A DNA stretch of 64,000 nt from a virus (IMGVR_UViG_3300028197_001558:1276-65275); one strand, 5' to 3'; numbered from the stretch's first letter, positions 1-11,277 are shown. The notes: generated by a model from the sequence alone, not told the origin. A program made the numbers and translations.

Positions 1-23
1 GAGTCGGAGGAGAAGTAACATCA

Positions 24-1337
24 ATGGGCGACAAGTCTTTAACCAACAAATATTTATACAGACAATTTTCGAACAGTTCTTCTGAAATGTTTGACTATAC
101 TATGACCAATATCATGGATGGATTTTACAATAGTTCAATGAACTCATCTACGGATGGTAAATTTAAAGCTGTTTGCTTGTCTGGTATTAAAACTGAAGAT
201 GGCTCTGGAGCAGGAACTGATGTAAACGACGCTGAAAAAAGAGGAAATTATGTCAACATAATAGTAAGACCTCTGACAGATTTTGGAAACATAATTCCTG
301 ATCCGAGAGAAAATCAGGAACCGGAAGAAATTAATGAACTAATATCGCTCCACGCATCCACATTTCTAGCGCGGTCAGATTATGAATTTAAAGACACTGA
401 TGCAATCCATTTTGGCCAAGTAGTTGACTGCTACTTTGAAGAAGGCTCAATTTATAATTCTGACTTTAGAACTATGAGATTCGCTCAACCAGAAGGGGAG
501 TTATTCGACTTATCCTTCCAGCAATTATCCTTAATAACTGGAGTGGAAACAATGTCAGAAGCAGATTGGACCACGGCAGGACTCTTGGGTGAAGAAGTTG
601 GTTTTGGTGAAGGTAAGTGTACCAACATTCAAGGCTCTCGTCCGGCAGATCAAATAAAATATATAGTAATACATTACAGTGCCGCATGGGGTGGAAAAAA
701 GGTTGTTTTAGAAACTGAAAACGAAGACACAGTTTACGGATACCATTTCATGATAGACAGGGACGGATCGTTTTATATTTCCGCGGAACCAGAGTCTCTA
801 ATTTTTCATGCTGGTGGAAACAAGTTAGTTGATAATGATAACAGTATTGGTGTTTGCTTAATGAATGTTGGTTTCGAGAGAAAAGGTGTTCGTCAAGGAA
901 GTAGGTATTTTATTGGAGAAGGTTGGGTCGAGGGGTCTTTCCCAAATGGCATTGATAGTGTAGCAATAAGATATCAGAACGGCAAGGTAACCCGTGGAGG
1001 TACTAGCGGTATGTGGGAATCTTATCCCAAAGCTTCCATAGATCAATGCGCAAAGATCTGTGCCGAATTATGCGTAAAATATAATATTCCCGTGTCAAAC
1101 ATTGTAGGACACAGTGATATTCAATCCGATAAAAGTGACCCAGGACCGGCCTTTGGGCCGATGGCTTCATTTAGAGCGACGGTAGAGTCATTAATGACGG
1201 GTAAAAATTTGTTTGAACTAGCTATGGATGACTTAAATGATTCGAATCCTTTACCGCGCATACCAACTGCTCCTCCGGGAATATCAACAGGGTACTTACC
1301 AACAAATCAAGCACCCGCAGGAATATCAACAAAATGA
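24..1337 (+). CDS. Baseplate-associated N-acetylmuramoyl-L-alanine amidase (Amidase_2) with unknown N-terminal domain
   Basis: Motifs IVIHYSA, YHFMIDRDG, FHAG, SIGVCL and IVGHSDIQSDKSDPG of Zn amidases (T7 lysozyme/AmpD family); about 200-aa N-terminal extension; adjacent to gp5/gp25-like genes; GGAGGAG upstream. Confidence 0.8.
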   Translation: MGDKSLTNKYLYRQFSNSSSEMFDYTMTNIMDGFYNSSMNSSTDGKFKAVCLSGIKTEDGSGAGTDVNDAEKRGNYVNIIVRPLTDFGNIIPDPRENQEPEEINELISLHASTFLARSDYEFKDTDAIHFGQVVDCYFEEGSIYNSDFRTMRFAQPEGELFDLSFQQLSLITGVETMSEADWTTAGLLGEEVGFGEGKCTNIQGSRPADQIKYIVIHYSAAWGGKKVVLETENEDTVYGYHFMIDRDGSFYISAEPESLIFHAGGNKLVDNDNSIGVCLMNVGFERKGVRQGSRYFIGEGWVEGSFPNGIDSVAIRYQNGKVTRGGTSGMWESYPKASIDQCAKICAELCVKYNIPVSNIVGHSDIQSDKSDPGPAFGPMASFRATVESLMTGKNLFELAMDDLNDSNPLPRIPTAPPGISTGYLPTNQAPAGISTK

Positions 1338-2356
1338 GTTCAAAATCACTAAAAGACCAGTCAAAATCACTTGATTTAGATCAGATTAAAAAAGAAAAAC
1401 GCGTTGGAAAGAATCAAGGGGTAGCAAACAAGAATTTACGTGAAGCCCAGCCTACGTATGAAAAAGCACCATCTGAAAAAATAGAGAAAGGTAAAAATAA
1501 TTCTTTTATTATACAAGGTCGCGACCGACCCGGAAACCTTTACTCTGGATACGGTGGCCGAGGGGCAACGCATGCATCTCGAATAGACCTCATCGCTGGA
1601 CTTGGATCGTCTTATAGACATAAAGATGGTACATATGGTCAACCAAACAGAGAAACAATTATTAATCCAAACTTCGCAATGGATGCAGCAAGAGTTTATA
1701 TATCTCAAAAAGCAGATATCGATAGATATATGGGACTAGCAGAAGTGCCAATGCAAGCACCTGCAGGAAGGTCAACTATCGGCCTTAAAGCAGATACTAT
1801 CCGTATTCATTCTAGAAATGACATTAAGATCGTCACAGGACGCGCGCGATATGAGGGCTTAGGTGGTGATGGAGAGAGGCTTTCAAATGGTGGAATCAAT
1901 CAGACCGTTGGAACTATATCTCTTATAGCAGGAAATCATACCGGCAAAGAGGAGCGTCAATACCTAGACATCTTACGACCATTTGAAAGAACCGGAGACG
2001 CCCGCAACAAGCTTCAACCAATTCCAAAGGGTGAGAACCTATCTGAATGCATAGAAGACGTTGTGAAAGCAATACAAGAGCTTTCTGCACTAATTGGTAC
2101 CAATACTGCAATGATAGCAAAGATGAACGCGCACTTGATGAATCCGCTAAATCATAACGCAACTGCACCAGGAGCACCAACCACATTCACGCTAGGTACC
2201 TATATGTCTATGGCTGGTCCCTTTGTAGCAACCAGCTCGGGAAAATCAATATTGGCCAGACAAATGACTAACAAAAATTTAGGAATGATCAAGTTTAACT
2301 ACTTAAGTCAATATGGGTCAGACTATATCAACAGCAAATACGTATTCACAACATAG
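1334..2356 (+). CDS. Putative baseplate hub/spike (gp5 C-terminal-like) protein
   Basis: Beta-strand repeats (IGLKADTIRIHSRNDIKIVTG), PIPKGENL motif and His near the C-terminus, as in spike proteins; synteny upstream of gp25; ATGA overlap. Confidence 0.5.
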   Translation: MSSKSLKDQSKSLDLDQIKKEKRVGKNQGVANKNLREAQPTYEKAPSEKIEKGKNNSFIIQGRDRPGNLYSGYGGRGATHASRIDLIAGLGSSYRHKDGTYGQPNRETIINPNFAMDAARVYISQKADIDRYMGLAEVPMQAPAGRSTIGLKADTIRIHSRNDIKIVTGRARYEGLGGDGERLSNGGINQTVGTISLIAGNHTGKEERQYLDILRPFERTGDARNKLQPIPKGENLSECIEDVVKAIQELSALIGTNTAMIAKMNAHLMNPLNHNATAPGAPTTFTLGTYMSMAGPFVATSSGKSILARQMTNKNLGMIKFNYLSQYGSDYINSKYVFTT

Positions 2357-2365
2357 AGGTAAGAC

Positions 2366-5300
2366 ATGGCTGAGATAGAGAAGAAATATTCGGACTACCA
2401 AACAAGCGAGTGTGACACACAAGAAACTATAGAGCCCATAGGTGATGATAAGCTTTGTCCAACATGCCAGATAAATCCTAACTGGAAACTACCAGCTGCG
2501 CACTGGTCTATGATACAAGAAGCTTATCTTAATGAGAGCGTCTGTGAGTATCACGTAAGAGTTTACGAGAAAGAAAAGGCAATAAATCAAAAAAGATTGG
2601 TACCCAATTTTAATTTGGAAGATGAGATAAAAAAACTAGCTGTGAAGAGAATCCTTGTGGACTTGGACAAGCCGCTAAGCGCAGCAACGGAAGACCCGTT
2701 ATTCAGAGCTTCATTCATCGTAGATAAATTCGAAGATATGAATTCTGAAGAGCTTGGAGTGACATATCTAGTAGGTGTACCAGCTTTCAACATGGACCAA
2801 ATTAAGCCAAACGATTCTGATGAAGCTGAAGATAGTGGAATAGAAGAGGGTTCTGGTGGCGAGATAATTATTGATCTCAATGGATTTAACCGCAAACTGC
2901 GCCAACTAAGGGCTGCACTCTGGACTTACAGTATGTATTACGCAACAGCCAATAAAGCTGGTGCCGGCTTCGTTATACGACAAGAAAACAATGAAGTGCT
3001 CAGAATACAATACGGAGATGCCCGAGACAAGCTAAAAAACTTTAAGTCAAAACTAAACGACAGACTTAAGCTAAAAGGCTATCCCAAAATAGGGAATACC
3101 GGCATCTTTAAAAGCAAAAGATTCAAGAAGATAAAATTCGTCTTTAGAGACAACGGAAAACCGTATGACCTCAAGCAAGTGTTCGTTCTAGACGCTGACT
3201 GTGACAAGTACAAGAAGATACCTATACCCAACGGCCACTTGTTGCGTAAACCATCTATGAGAGTGATATATAGCTTTCTAGAAAACTTCGACCAAGTCAT
3301 CAATGACATTACGGCGAAAGAAACAAAGCCATGGCTTGACTTTACTTTGGAGCATTTTTATCCAAAATACATTGTAGATTATGGAGATCTTGGAGCAATT
3401 GACGACACAAAAGCAGGTCTCGAGTGTTTGCTTGAGCTTGAGCTGGGCTTAGGCAATGGACAAGTCATTGATTCTCTAACATCAGAAATCATGTCCGCCT
3501 TCGCCACCATCGAAAAACAAATGGCAGAACAGGCGTGCCGCTCCCTAAGCGAATTATCTTCCGGAGGAGCAACAGCATTAGCAGAGCAGAATGGCTTAGG
3601 AAAAACCCCTAAAGAAGAACGAGAACTTGCTATGAAGGCAAGATATCAAAAAGAATTCGAAAATAAAATCTACAAAGATATTCTATCTCAAGCAACAAAG
3701 CAGGTAGTGAGATCGAATCTCGTACTTAGCGGACAAATTCAAAACAATCCTGAGCTTAAATCTAAAATTTTGCCAAAGCCAACTAAAGAGAATGTGTTCG
3801 ATTATGATTTTATCATAATAGGATATCAAGTTACAATAGCAGATGTGGAATCTCTCCCGAGCTTTACGAAAACAATTTCCAACAATAATGATGTGATAAA
3901 CTTCACAAAAGAATTATCCGTAATAAAATTCAACAGATTGGAAAGTGGCACAGTTGGAAATCAAATCCAAAACTCTCCTCACTTCCAAGAAGCAATGGAT
4001 GCTGCAAAAGAAGTTATAGCAGACTTTGAAAACACATATATCGACACAATAAAAAACAGAAACACCGACATGGAAATGTCAGACGTTATCTCTGCTATTG
4101 GTCTTTGTGGTATGTCTAAAATTGCCGGTAAAGCGATGAAGTGTCTTACTAATGGTGTGTCATTTGATGACTTTTTGGATATCTTAATTGAGAAAACATT
4201 TGATTTTATGGAGGTCAATACTCTTGGTCTATTTTTAAATGGATTGCCAAACTCATTCCGTACAAAACTTAACAAATCAATCGAAGAGCAATTTGGCAAT
4301 GGAGTTGATATATCCGGATTATTAGGAGTTAAGCTAGCAGAAGGTGGCAGTCAAAAAATGAAAGACTTTGTTACCTTAAAGAGTAACGCAAAAAGAATTC
4401 AAAAACTTTTCGAAAAATATATTAATCCTTATATTGCCGCAACTGATGAAGAAATAAAATACTTAAAATCTCAGATTGCTGAGGAGTACTATGAGCCACT
4501 CGCAGCGGCATTCAAGAATGCTAAATGGGATCCTGAAGAAAAAGTGTATATAGGGCAAACACCCGACGGAAAAGTGAACTCATCGAATATCCTTGGACCA
4601 GCCCCAGATATGAAGCCGTCAAAATATTTTAAAAAGATAATTCGCGAATATATGAGGTATAGCAAACTTGATAGAAGGGACTTTCAAGCTTCCATGGAAA
4701 GAGTTGTAGACTCTTTAGTAATCACAGAAGATAACAATCAAGCCGATGATGCATTGAGTGAATTTGAAAAAGCAGCAAAGTCATTTGAAGAAACAGCGCT
4801 TGGCGTAAAAGTCGACGTAGTTTTTGACGTAGTTTTTGACTTTGTTATAGAGTCAATTATGGACTATTTCTCGCTTGACGAATTATTTGAGATGCTTCGA
4901 TCATACCCAGCAGTTGATTTTGCTCTAGACAAAATTGAACAACTATTTTTGAAGCCATGCCCTATAGCTCCGGTTATATTCCCGCCACCTGATGACTTCA
5001 TGAAGTCTTTGTCTGTAGATGTGTGTGACCCAACTCGCCCTCTTGTTGTTCCTAAAATAATCATTCCAAATATTAGCAATAGATTTCAAATTGATTACGA
5101 GTTCGGCGAAATCTTTAGAGAGGCAATGATCAAAGTAGTAACTGACATAGCCATTGGCATGCTGACGAGATTAATGTCAACTCTCGAAAGCGCCCTGTGT
5201 AATCTTGTTGAAGCAGCCGGCGGTATCGTTGCAGAAGGGTTAAAAGGAAACCTCAAAGGAAGTTTTTACCGCGCCTTAAATGAGGCTTTTTGCAACGATG

Positions 5301-8300
5301 GAGAAAACCCAGAGACAAGCCAAAGTAAAGCAGAAGAACTAGCTGAAGCATTGTTTGCTCCACTCTCTTTTGATTCTGGGCAGGATTACACTGGTGCAGG
5401 AGCAAAAGTATCGAATATCGTATCATCCGTCGCTACAACCGAAGAGTTTTTAGAAGCCATGGTCGCGAGAGAAGGTGAGGAGGATGACCAATTTAATCAA
5501 AGAGTCGCAAATGCAGTAACTGCTTTGGCTCCGGAGATGGAGGTTTTAATGGGCTCTCCGGATCAAGTTGCTTATTTCTTTAAGAGTCTAGGAAGTTTTT
5601 TGCCATCAGAAGATAGGAAAAGAATCAGAGACCTATTGAACGCAGGAGTCCCCAATCTACCAATTTCAGCAGCGCTATGTCTAACTAATGATCAATTGGA
5701 TGAATGGAACAAGATGAGAGAGCAGCTATTGGGTGGAAAAGCTCCTGTCGATAAGCTAAACGAGGAGACGCTAAAGGCCTTAGAGGGTGTTATGGACGAC
5801 GTCGCAGCTCTCGATTCGGATGGACCATTTGTTGGAGCTATAACAAATGAAGTGATGAAAGATGTGTGTAATCCCAACAACTTGATCAATGATGTTTCGC
5901 AAAGCGGAACCGACAAGATCTTAGAAGACGAGATGATTGAAGGCTTCTTCTCTAATATCATGATGCTAATTAAGAAAGGATTCATGGGAAGAGGTGGCCT
6001 TCTGGGAGAAGCAATGGCTGACGTTGCTGGTAGGAGAGAGTTTGGTAGAAAATTTCAAAAACTAATCCGTATGAACTACGCTAATACTCAAGAAGAAAGA
6101 AATTTAGATTATGAGTCTAGAAACGGATTTGGACAGTTTTTTATGGACCTTGGATACAATGAGGAAGAAGGCGCACCGGGTATATATCCCGAGACTGTTG
6201 CCATCAAGCAAAGAAAGGAGATCCTAGAAGGCGGAACGGCTTACGATTTTGCTCGAGTCAAGTCGGGGAAAGGGTCCTCTAGAAACGTTGTCTATAGCTT
6301 TACTGATAGTTTTGAAGGTCTTATTGGGAGCTTCTCATATGTAAAAAGAGTGACTGCTTCAAATTTGAGAGCGCCAAAAAAGACGTTTGGATACAATCTC
6401 CAAGTGATTGAAAACATTAATGATGAAGGTCCTCAAACTGAAGTTAATATGAATACACCTGCCCCAATCTCTTCAGCAGAAAATAAGTTTCTAGAATCTA
6501 AAGGCTTCCAGTACAAAAAGAACGAAAAGCAAGACATACGTAAGGCAGCGTTCCAAAAGATAATGCAAAGCAAAGTTCCATTCGACAAAAACTTCTCAGG
6601 ACTTTATGAACAATTGTTCGAGACATCTAATAAGAAAATTGTAGAGGCCTTGCTGACTTCGGGCTCTGACGGCTTACCAATTGGATATCAATTTGGATAT
6701 GTTTCAGATGATCTAACTGATGCATCGTTTGTATATACGCCAAATTCAGATCCAGACAAACTAGGAACTTTTGACAGCGACAGAATCATAGCGTTGGACC
6801 CCAAGATTTACGGTGGACGCTATTCAAATCCTCCATACTATGTTGAGCCTCGTAAGTTCACAGGGTGGCTTGAGTTGGCAACCACAGCCTTTGAGAGCCA
6901 AGATGGATGTGACCCCAAGACTCCTCCATTGCTGTCGTTTAAAGATATCGAGACAAGAACTAAAAATCTAGGAAGCTCTTTAAGAAATGATCCTAGATTG
7001 TCAAAATCTCGTGATTGTGTTTCTGTTAAGCCATTTCATCTGCTTCTTGATAGTAAAAGCAAGGCAAAGCTAGATGGAGTAGTAAGGACAACTTTTAGAA
7101 CGTACATTGCTGAATTCTTTATGACTGGTTATGGATTATTCTCGAACCTTCAAATAAGACCCGAGAACTTCGACGCCTCTTTTCCTTCATACTTAGCTCG
7201 AAAAATGCAATCAGAAATGTCAGAGCTTGGAACCTTTAGATCTAATAAGAAAGTTAGAATTGTCCGAGAGAGATATTGGTACGCTTTTCTAGAACAAACC
7301 GTCGAAGCTTATCAGAGAATGGTTGATGTCGATGGCGTTGAGCCTCCCCCTGCTGTGTTTGAAGCTTTAAACAAAATACAACGAGGGCTGGATAAATACC
7401 GCGTAGTAGATGCAAGAATGAAGAAAAAACTTAGGAAAGAAGTGGGAGACATGGATCTCCGGAGACCGGAAGCCAACTACAATCCAATTGAAGAAATAAA
7501 CAAAGGCTCTAGATACAATCTAGCCATGGCTATAGCATACCGACTAGCGGACGAAGATGTAAGAGAATCTTTTTTTGACGGGCAAATCGACGATAAGGTT
7601 ACCACAAGAAAAGTGAGATATGCGAAACTTAAGAAATTACAATTCTTTCAAAAGATTTATTTCATTAAGTTGTTCGAGAAGGAAGCATTGCTTATAATGT
7701 CTGAATTCATACGAGACGAACTCAATAGAATGTCTCAATTGGTTGTAGACGGTCCTACTGACAAGCCTTATTATTTTGACCTTTATAAGTCTTTCTTTGG
7801 GATGCAATCCTTCTTTCCACAATCCACTAGTCGCGTTGGACTAAATTCATATTACTTAGACAAGCAAAGGTTCGAAGTAGCCGAAGCCGGTGAAGTGCCA
7901 ACAGTCCAAAGTTCAAATTTAGAATCTCCATTATTTGCCACAGAAGAACCGCAATACATAGTCGAAAGTTATGTAAGATTAGTTGAGCGAGAAGGTGTAG
8001 ATATGCCAAACTTTATTAGATCTCGCGACACAAAGTATCTAGGCGCCGTCTCTCTAACTGACATGTCCAGATTTGTAGACCAAAATCTCGACAGATTGGA
8101 AGATAAGAATCTGTCTGACTATTTTGGAGACCTATCCTTTACATACAGCGGATCATTCAAATCATTAATGAGTAAAGGGTTTGCAACAACAAACCATATT
8201 TCCAAACTAGTAGAGCTGAACAAAGGAACGGACGTAGACAATATATTGCTAATAAAATCATACAGAGCACATGTTGGCTCTAGATCTTTCGAAGACTTCG

Positions 8301-9052
8301 ATGTCGTGTATGATGAGACATTTCTTCTAGAAGGTGAGACCCCAACACCAACAGGTACAAAAGGGTCAACCGGTGTGAAATATGGATTACGAGTATCAGT
8401 CGTTTTACCAGAAGGTGCTATGTCTACTGGAGAGATTCAAAAACTAAAAGCAGATCCCAATTTCTCCAAAAAATCAAAGGAAGAAAAAAGCTTTCTGTTT
8501 GAAGATGGAACTGTCATAATGCCTTTGGCTAGTGCTGAGATAGATGTAGTGGACGCAAAATTTGAAGACTTTGATCCATTTTACGGAACCGAACGTTATG
8601 ATTTGGAGTGCTTGATCAACAAGATAGTTGAGACTCCGGAGTTTACTGTTATGTTTGACAAAATCTTAAACTTTAGACAAGCCTCTTCTATGCTCTCAGT
8701 ATACTGCATGGAGACACTGCCGGCAGCTATAGGACAAGATGAAAGCGAAAGAAACGTTGTCGGAGGAAACCCAGAAGTTGAAGCATGGGACAAAACAGTC
8801 AACAAGAGAGCGAAGAGGTTCTTAAGAAGAGAATTTAAGTCTTTGTATTTATCAGATACGGAAGACGGACTCTCTGGAGATGACGATGATGAAGATTCAG
8901 GTATGATTAACCTAATAAAACTAAACAATCCGTTTGACGGCTTTGCTTTTCCAGCAGTTAGGTTGCCATGGTGGCTTAAGAGAAGAATGAAGACAAAAGT
9001 TTATGATGCAAACGGCGTAGAGTGTGCTGATCCTGAAAAAGATTTGGAATAA
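2366..9052 (+). CDS. Very large (2228 aa) hypothetical virion/baseplate-region protein
   Basis: Long uninterrupted ORF, GAGG RBS, lies between spike-like and gp25-like genes; no motif recognised. Confidence 0.55.
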   Translation: MAEIEKKYSDYQTSECDTQETIEPIGDDKLCPTCQINPNWKLPAAHWSMIQEAYLNESVCEYHVRVYEKEKAINQKRLVPNFNLEDEIKKLAVKRILVDLDKPLSAATEDPLFRASFIVDKFEDMNSEELGVTYLVGVPAFNMDQIKPNDSDEAEDSGIEEGSGGEIIIDLNGFNRKLRQLRAALWTYSMYYATANKAGAGFVIRQENNEVLRIQYGDARDKLKNFKSKLNDRLKLKGYPKIGNTGIFKSKRFKKIKFVFRDNGKPYDLKQVFVLDADCDKYKKIPIPNGHLLRKPSMRVIYSFLENFDQVINDITAKETKPWLDFTLEHFYPKYIVDYGDLGAIDDTKAGLECLLELELGLGNGQVIDSLTSEIMSAFATIEKQMAEQACRSLSELSSGGATALAEQNGLGKTPKEERELAMKARYQKEFENKIYKDILSQATKQVVRSNLVLSGQIQNNPELKSKILPKPTKENVFDYDFIIIGYQVTIADVESLPSFTKTISNNNDVINFTKELSVIKFNRLESGTVGNQIQNSPHFQEAMDAAKEVIADFENTYIDTIKNRNTDMEMSDVISAIGLCGMSKIAGKAMKCLTNGVSFDDFLDILIEKTFDFMEVNTLGLFLNGLPNSFRTKLNKSIEEQFGNGVDISGLLGVKLAEGGSQKMKDFVTLKSNAKRIQKLFEKYINPYIAATDEEIKYLKSQIAEEYYEPLAAAFKNAKWDPEEKVYIGQTPDGKVNSSNILGPAPDMKPSKYFKKIIREYMRYSKLDRRDFQASMERVVDSLVITEDNNQADDALSEFEKAAKSFEETALGVKVDVVFDVVFDFVIESIMDYFSLDELFEMLRSYPAVDFALDKIEQLFLKPCPIAPVIFPPPDDFMKSLSVDVCDPTRPLVVPKIIIPNISNRFQIDYEFGEIFREAMIKVVTDIAIGMLTRLMSTLESALCNLVEAAGGIVAEGLKGNLKGSFYRALNEAFCNDGENPETSQSKAEELAEALFAPLSFDSGQDYTGAGAKVSNIVSSVATTEEFLEAMVAREGEEDDQFNQRVANAVTALAPEMEVLMGSPDQVAYFFKSLGSFLPSEDRKRIRDLLNAGVPNLPISAALCLTNDQLDEWNKMREQLLGGKAPVDKLNEETLKALEGVMDDVAALDSDGPFVGAITNEVMKDVCNPNNLINDVSQSGTDKILEDEMIEGFFSNIMMLIKKGFMGRGGLLGEAMADVAGRREFGRKFQKLIRMNYANTQEERNLDYESRNGFGQFFMDLGYNEEEGAPGIYPETVAIKQRKEILEGGTAYDFARVKSGKGSSRNVVYSFTDSFEGLIGSFSYVKRVTASNLRAPKKTFGYNLQVIENINDEGPQTEVNMNTPAPISSAENKFLESKGFQYKKNEKQDIRKAAFQKIMQSKVPFDKNFSGLYEQLFETSNKKIVEALLTSGSDGLPIGYQFGYVSDDLTDASFVYTPNSDPDKLGTFDSDRIIALDPKIYGGRYSNPPYYVEPRKFTGWLELATTAFESQDGCDPKTPPLLSFKDIETRTKNLGSSLRNDPRLSKSRDCVSVKPFHLLLDSKSKAKLDGVVRTTFRTYIAEFFMTGYGLFSNLQIRPENFDASFPSYLARKMQSEMSELGTFRSNKKVRIVRERYWYAFLEQTVEAYQRMVDVDGVEPPPAVFEALNKIQRGLDKYRVVDARMKKKLRKEVGDMDLRRPEANYNPIEEINKGSRYNLAMAIAYRLADEDVRESFFDGQIDDKVTTRKVRYAKLKKLQFFQKIYFIKLFEKEALLIMSEFIRDELNRMSQLVVDGPTDKPYYFDLYKSFFGMQSFFPQSTSRVGLNSYYLDKQRFEVAEAGEVPTVQSSNLESPLFATEEPQYIVESYVRLVEREGVDMPNFIRSRDTKYLGAVSLTDMSRFVDQNLDRLEDKNLSDYFGDLSFTYSGSFKSLMSKGFATTNHISKLVELNKGTDVDNILLIKSYRAHVGSRSFEDFDVVYDETFLLEGETPTPTGTKGSTGVKYGLRVSVVLPEGAMSTGEIQKLKADPNFSKKSKEEKSFLFEDGTVIMPLASAEIDVVDAKFEDFDPFYGTERYDLECLINKIVETPEFTVMFDKILNFRQASSMLSVYCMETLPAAIGQDESERNVVGGNPEVEAWDKTVNKRAKRFLRREFKSLYLSDTEDGLSGDDDDEDSGMINLIKLNNPFDGFAFPAVRLPWWLKRRMKTKVYDANGVECADPEKDLE

Positions 9053-9082
9053 ACAACTAGTTAGTCTTAAAGGAGACTAGCT

Positions 9083-9484
9083 ATGCCCCTCTATGGCCCC
9101 AAGTGGCCCTTAAAATCAGGAAACGCCGATACATTTGAGATGTACAAAACTGTCGAGCAGCAAATAGGTTTTTATTTAAAGAACCTTCTGTTGACATCTC
9201 CAGGAGAGAATATAAGCGATCCTAACTACGGTGTTGGAATAAGAAGGTTTATTTTTGAACAAAATATAGACTCTGTCAGATCATCAATTGAGTCAGAGGT
9301 TTTATCTCAGATTTCAATTCATCTTTCGTACCTAGCAATTTCAGATGTTCAAGTTTTAGCATCAGCCGCAGACGTCGACAATAACCTCATGACAATTAGA
9401 GTGGTCTATGGTATACCAGGTGACGTCACACAAAAAGTATTCGAACTGGACCTCAAGCCAGAAACAACAATAGGGTTTTACTAA
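9083..9484 (+). CDS. Baseplate wedge subunit, T4 gp25/GPW-like
   Basis: LKNLLLTSPGE...PNYGVGIRRFIFE signature; 133 aa; AAGGAG RBS. Confidence 0.88.
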   Translation: MPLYGPKWPLKSGNADTFEMYKTVEQQIGFYLKNLLLTSPGENISDPNYGVGIRRFIFEQNIDSVRSSIESEVLSQISIHLSYLAISDVQVLASAADVDNNLMTIRVVYGIPGDVTQKVFELDLKPETTIGFY

Positions 9485-11277
9485 TGCCAGACAAGAAAAT
9501 TTTAATTAATTATACAAATAAGGATTTCGAGTCCATAAAAAGAGGCTTGGAAGAGCATGCTCGGAGATATTATCCGGATACATATAGAGACTTTTCTGAG
9601 AATTCATTTGGCTCATACATACTGGATACCGTGTCTTACGTCGGAGATATGTTGTCTTTCTACGTAGATTATCAAGTTAACGAGTCGTTTTTAGAGACAG
9701 CAATTGAATATGATAATGTAAGAAGATTAGCTAAAAATACTGGGTATAAATTTGCCGGTAGACCAGCTGCCTTTGGAATAGCAACTTTTTATGTGATTGT
9801 TCCCGCAAATACTTCAGGACTGGGACCAGATAGAACATTGATTCCAATTTTAAAAACAGGGACGGAGATTCGATCGACAACTATGACAACATTTGTATTG
9901 ACAGAGGATGTGGATTTTAATAATACAAAAAATGAAATTATTGCATCTAGATTTAATACAACGACAGGTAAACCATCCAGCTATGCAATTCGAGCACAGG
10001 GTCAAGTAAAATCTACTGTTTTATTCAGAACAACTATTGATATTGGTGAATTTGCGAGATTTAAAAAAATACGTATTGGATCTCCATCGATTGCCGAAGT
10101 CCAGTCAGTAATTGATACAGAAGGTCATCATTATTATCAAGTTGATCACTTATCTCAAGATGTTGTCTACATAAACACTACAAATCCAAATGCAGCTTCT
10201 GATGGGGTGCCTCAAATAGTCAAGCCTAAGATAGTTCCTAGGAGATTTGTCTTAGAGCAAGATGAGACAGGCACATATTTACAGTTTGGATACGGAACCG
10301 ATATTGAAACAACAACTACTGACATCGCAGACCCTTCGCAAATATCTCTCCAGATGACTGGAAAACCTTATATAACTGATGCAGCATTCGACCCAACTAA
10401 GCTTTTAGACTCTAATACTTTAGGCGTAGCACCGGCGAATACTACACTTACAATCTTGTTTTACCAAAATGATACAGACTCTGTCAATGTCGCACAAGGT
10501 AATTTAACCACAATATCTATTTCATCTATGGTATTTCCAAATGCCGACGGTATAAAAGATGGATTGCAAAGGGTAGTAGAGTCTTCCTTGGAAGTATCAA
10601 ATGACACGGCCATAGTGGGCAATACAAGCCTTCCAACATCGGAAGAGATACGTTACCGCTCCTATGCCGCAAAAGCCGCTCAACAACGTTCTGTGACCCG
10701 TAATGACTATGAGGCATATATGTATATGATGCCAGCGGCTTTTGGATCAATAAAGAGAGCATGTGTAATTAACGATCCATCCTCCTCGAATAGGAGATTG
10801 TCCGTGTATGTAATTTCAGAAGATGGCTCCGGAAATCTCACAACATCGAATTCAACAATAAAGCAAAATGTTAAGCAATGGTTAAACAAGAATAAGATGC
10901 TCAATGACAATATAGACATTTACGACGCAAAAATACTAAACATGGGTTTTGAATATGAGATAATCGTCCACCCAACAATGGATAAGATTGAAGTACTAAA
11001 TTCTGTGCAGAGACGTTTAGCATCTGAGCTAAACAATAAGATGTACATTGGAGAACCTTTCTATTTAACAAACATATTTAACATAATCAACAAAGTAGAC
11101 GGTGTAGTAGATACAATCAAAGTAATACCAGTTTTGAAAACAGGAACAGGGTATAGCTCAGCACCAGTATCAATCGAAGAGATGAAATCTAAAGACGGAA
11201 CATACATTCAAGCTCCGAAAAATGTAATCTTCGAGATTAAAAACTTTAACAGAGACATCAGAGGATCAGCGGTATGA
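9484..11277 (+). CDS. Baseplate wedge subunit, T4 gp6/baseplate J-like
   Basis: NYTNKDFESIK, SYVGDMLSFYVDYQVNESFLETA, YLQFGYG and QQRSVTRNDYE motifs; follows gp25. Confidence 0.88.
   Translation: MPDKKILINYTNKDFESIKRGLEEHARRYYPDTYRDFSENSFGSYILDTVSYVGDMLSFYVDYQVNESFLETAIEYDNVRRLAKNTGYKFAGRPAAFGIATFYVIVPANTSGLGPDRTLIPILKTGTEIRSTTMTTFVLTEDVDFNNTKNEIIASRFNTTTGKPSSYAIRAQGQVKSTVLFRTTIDIGEFARFKKIRIGSPSIAEVQSVIDTEGHHYYQVDHLSQDVVYINTTNPNAASDGVPQIVKPKIVPRRFVLEQDETGTYLQFGYGTDIETTTTDIADPSQISLQMTGKPYITDAAFDPTKLLDSNTLGVAPANTTLTILFYQNDTDSVNVAQGNLTTISISSMVFPNADGIKDGLQRVVESSLEVSNDTAIVGNTSLPTSEEIRYRSYAAKAAQQRSVTRNDYEAYMYMMPAAFGSIKRACVINDPSSSNRRLSVYVISEDGSGNLTTSNSTIKQNVKQWLNKNKMLNDNIDIYDAKILNMGFEYEIIVHPTMDKIEVLNSVQRRLASELNNKMYIGEPFYLTNIFNIINKVDGVVDTIKVIPVLKTGTGYSSAPVSIEEMKSKDGTYIQAPKNVIFEIKNFNRDIRGSAV

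Noticed and set aside
4814-4840. 12-bp tandem repeat GACGTAGTTTTT
   Set aside because: Only two copies, in frame (DVVFDVVFD); local slippage with no evident function
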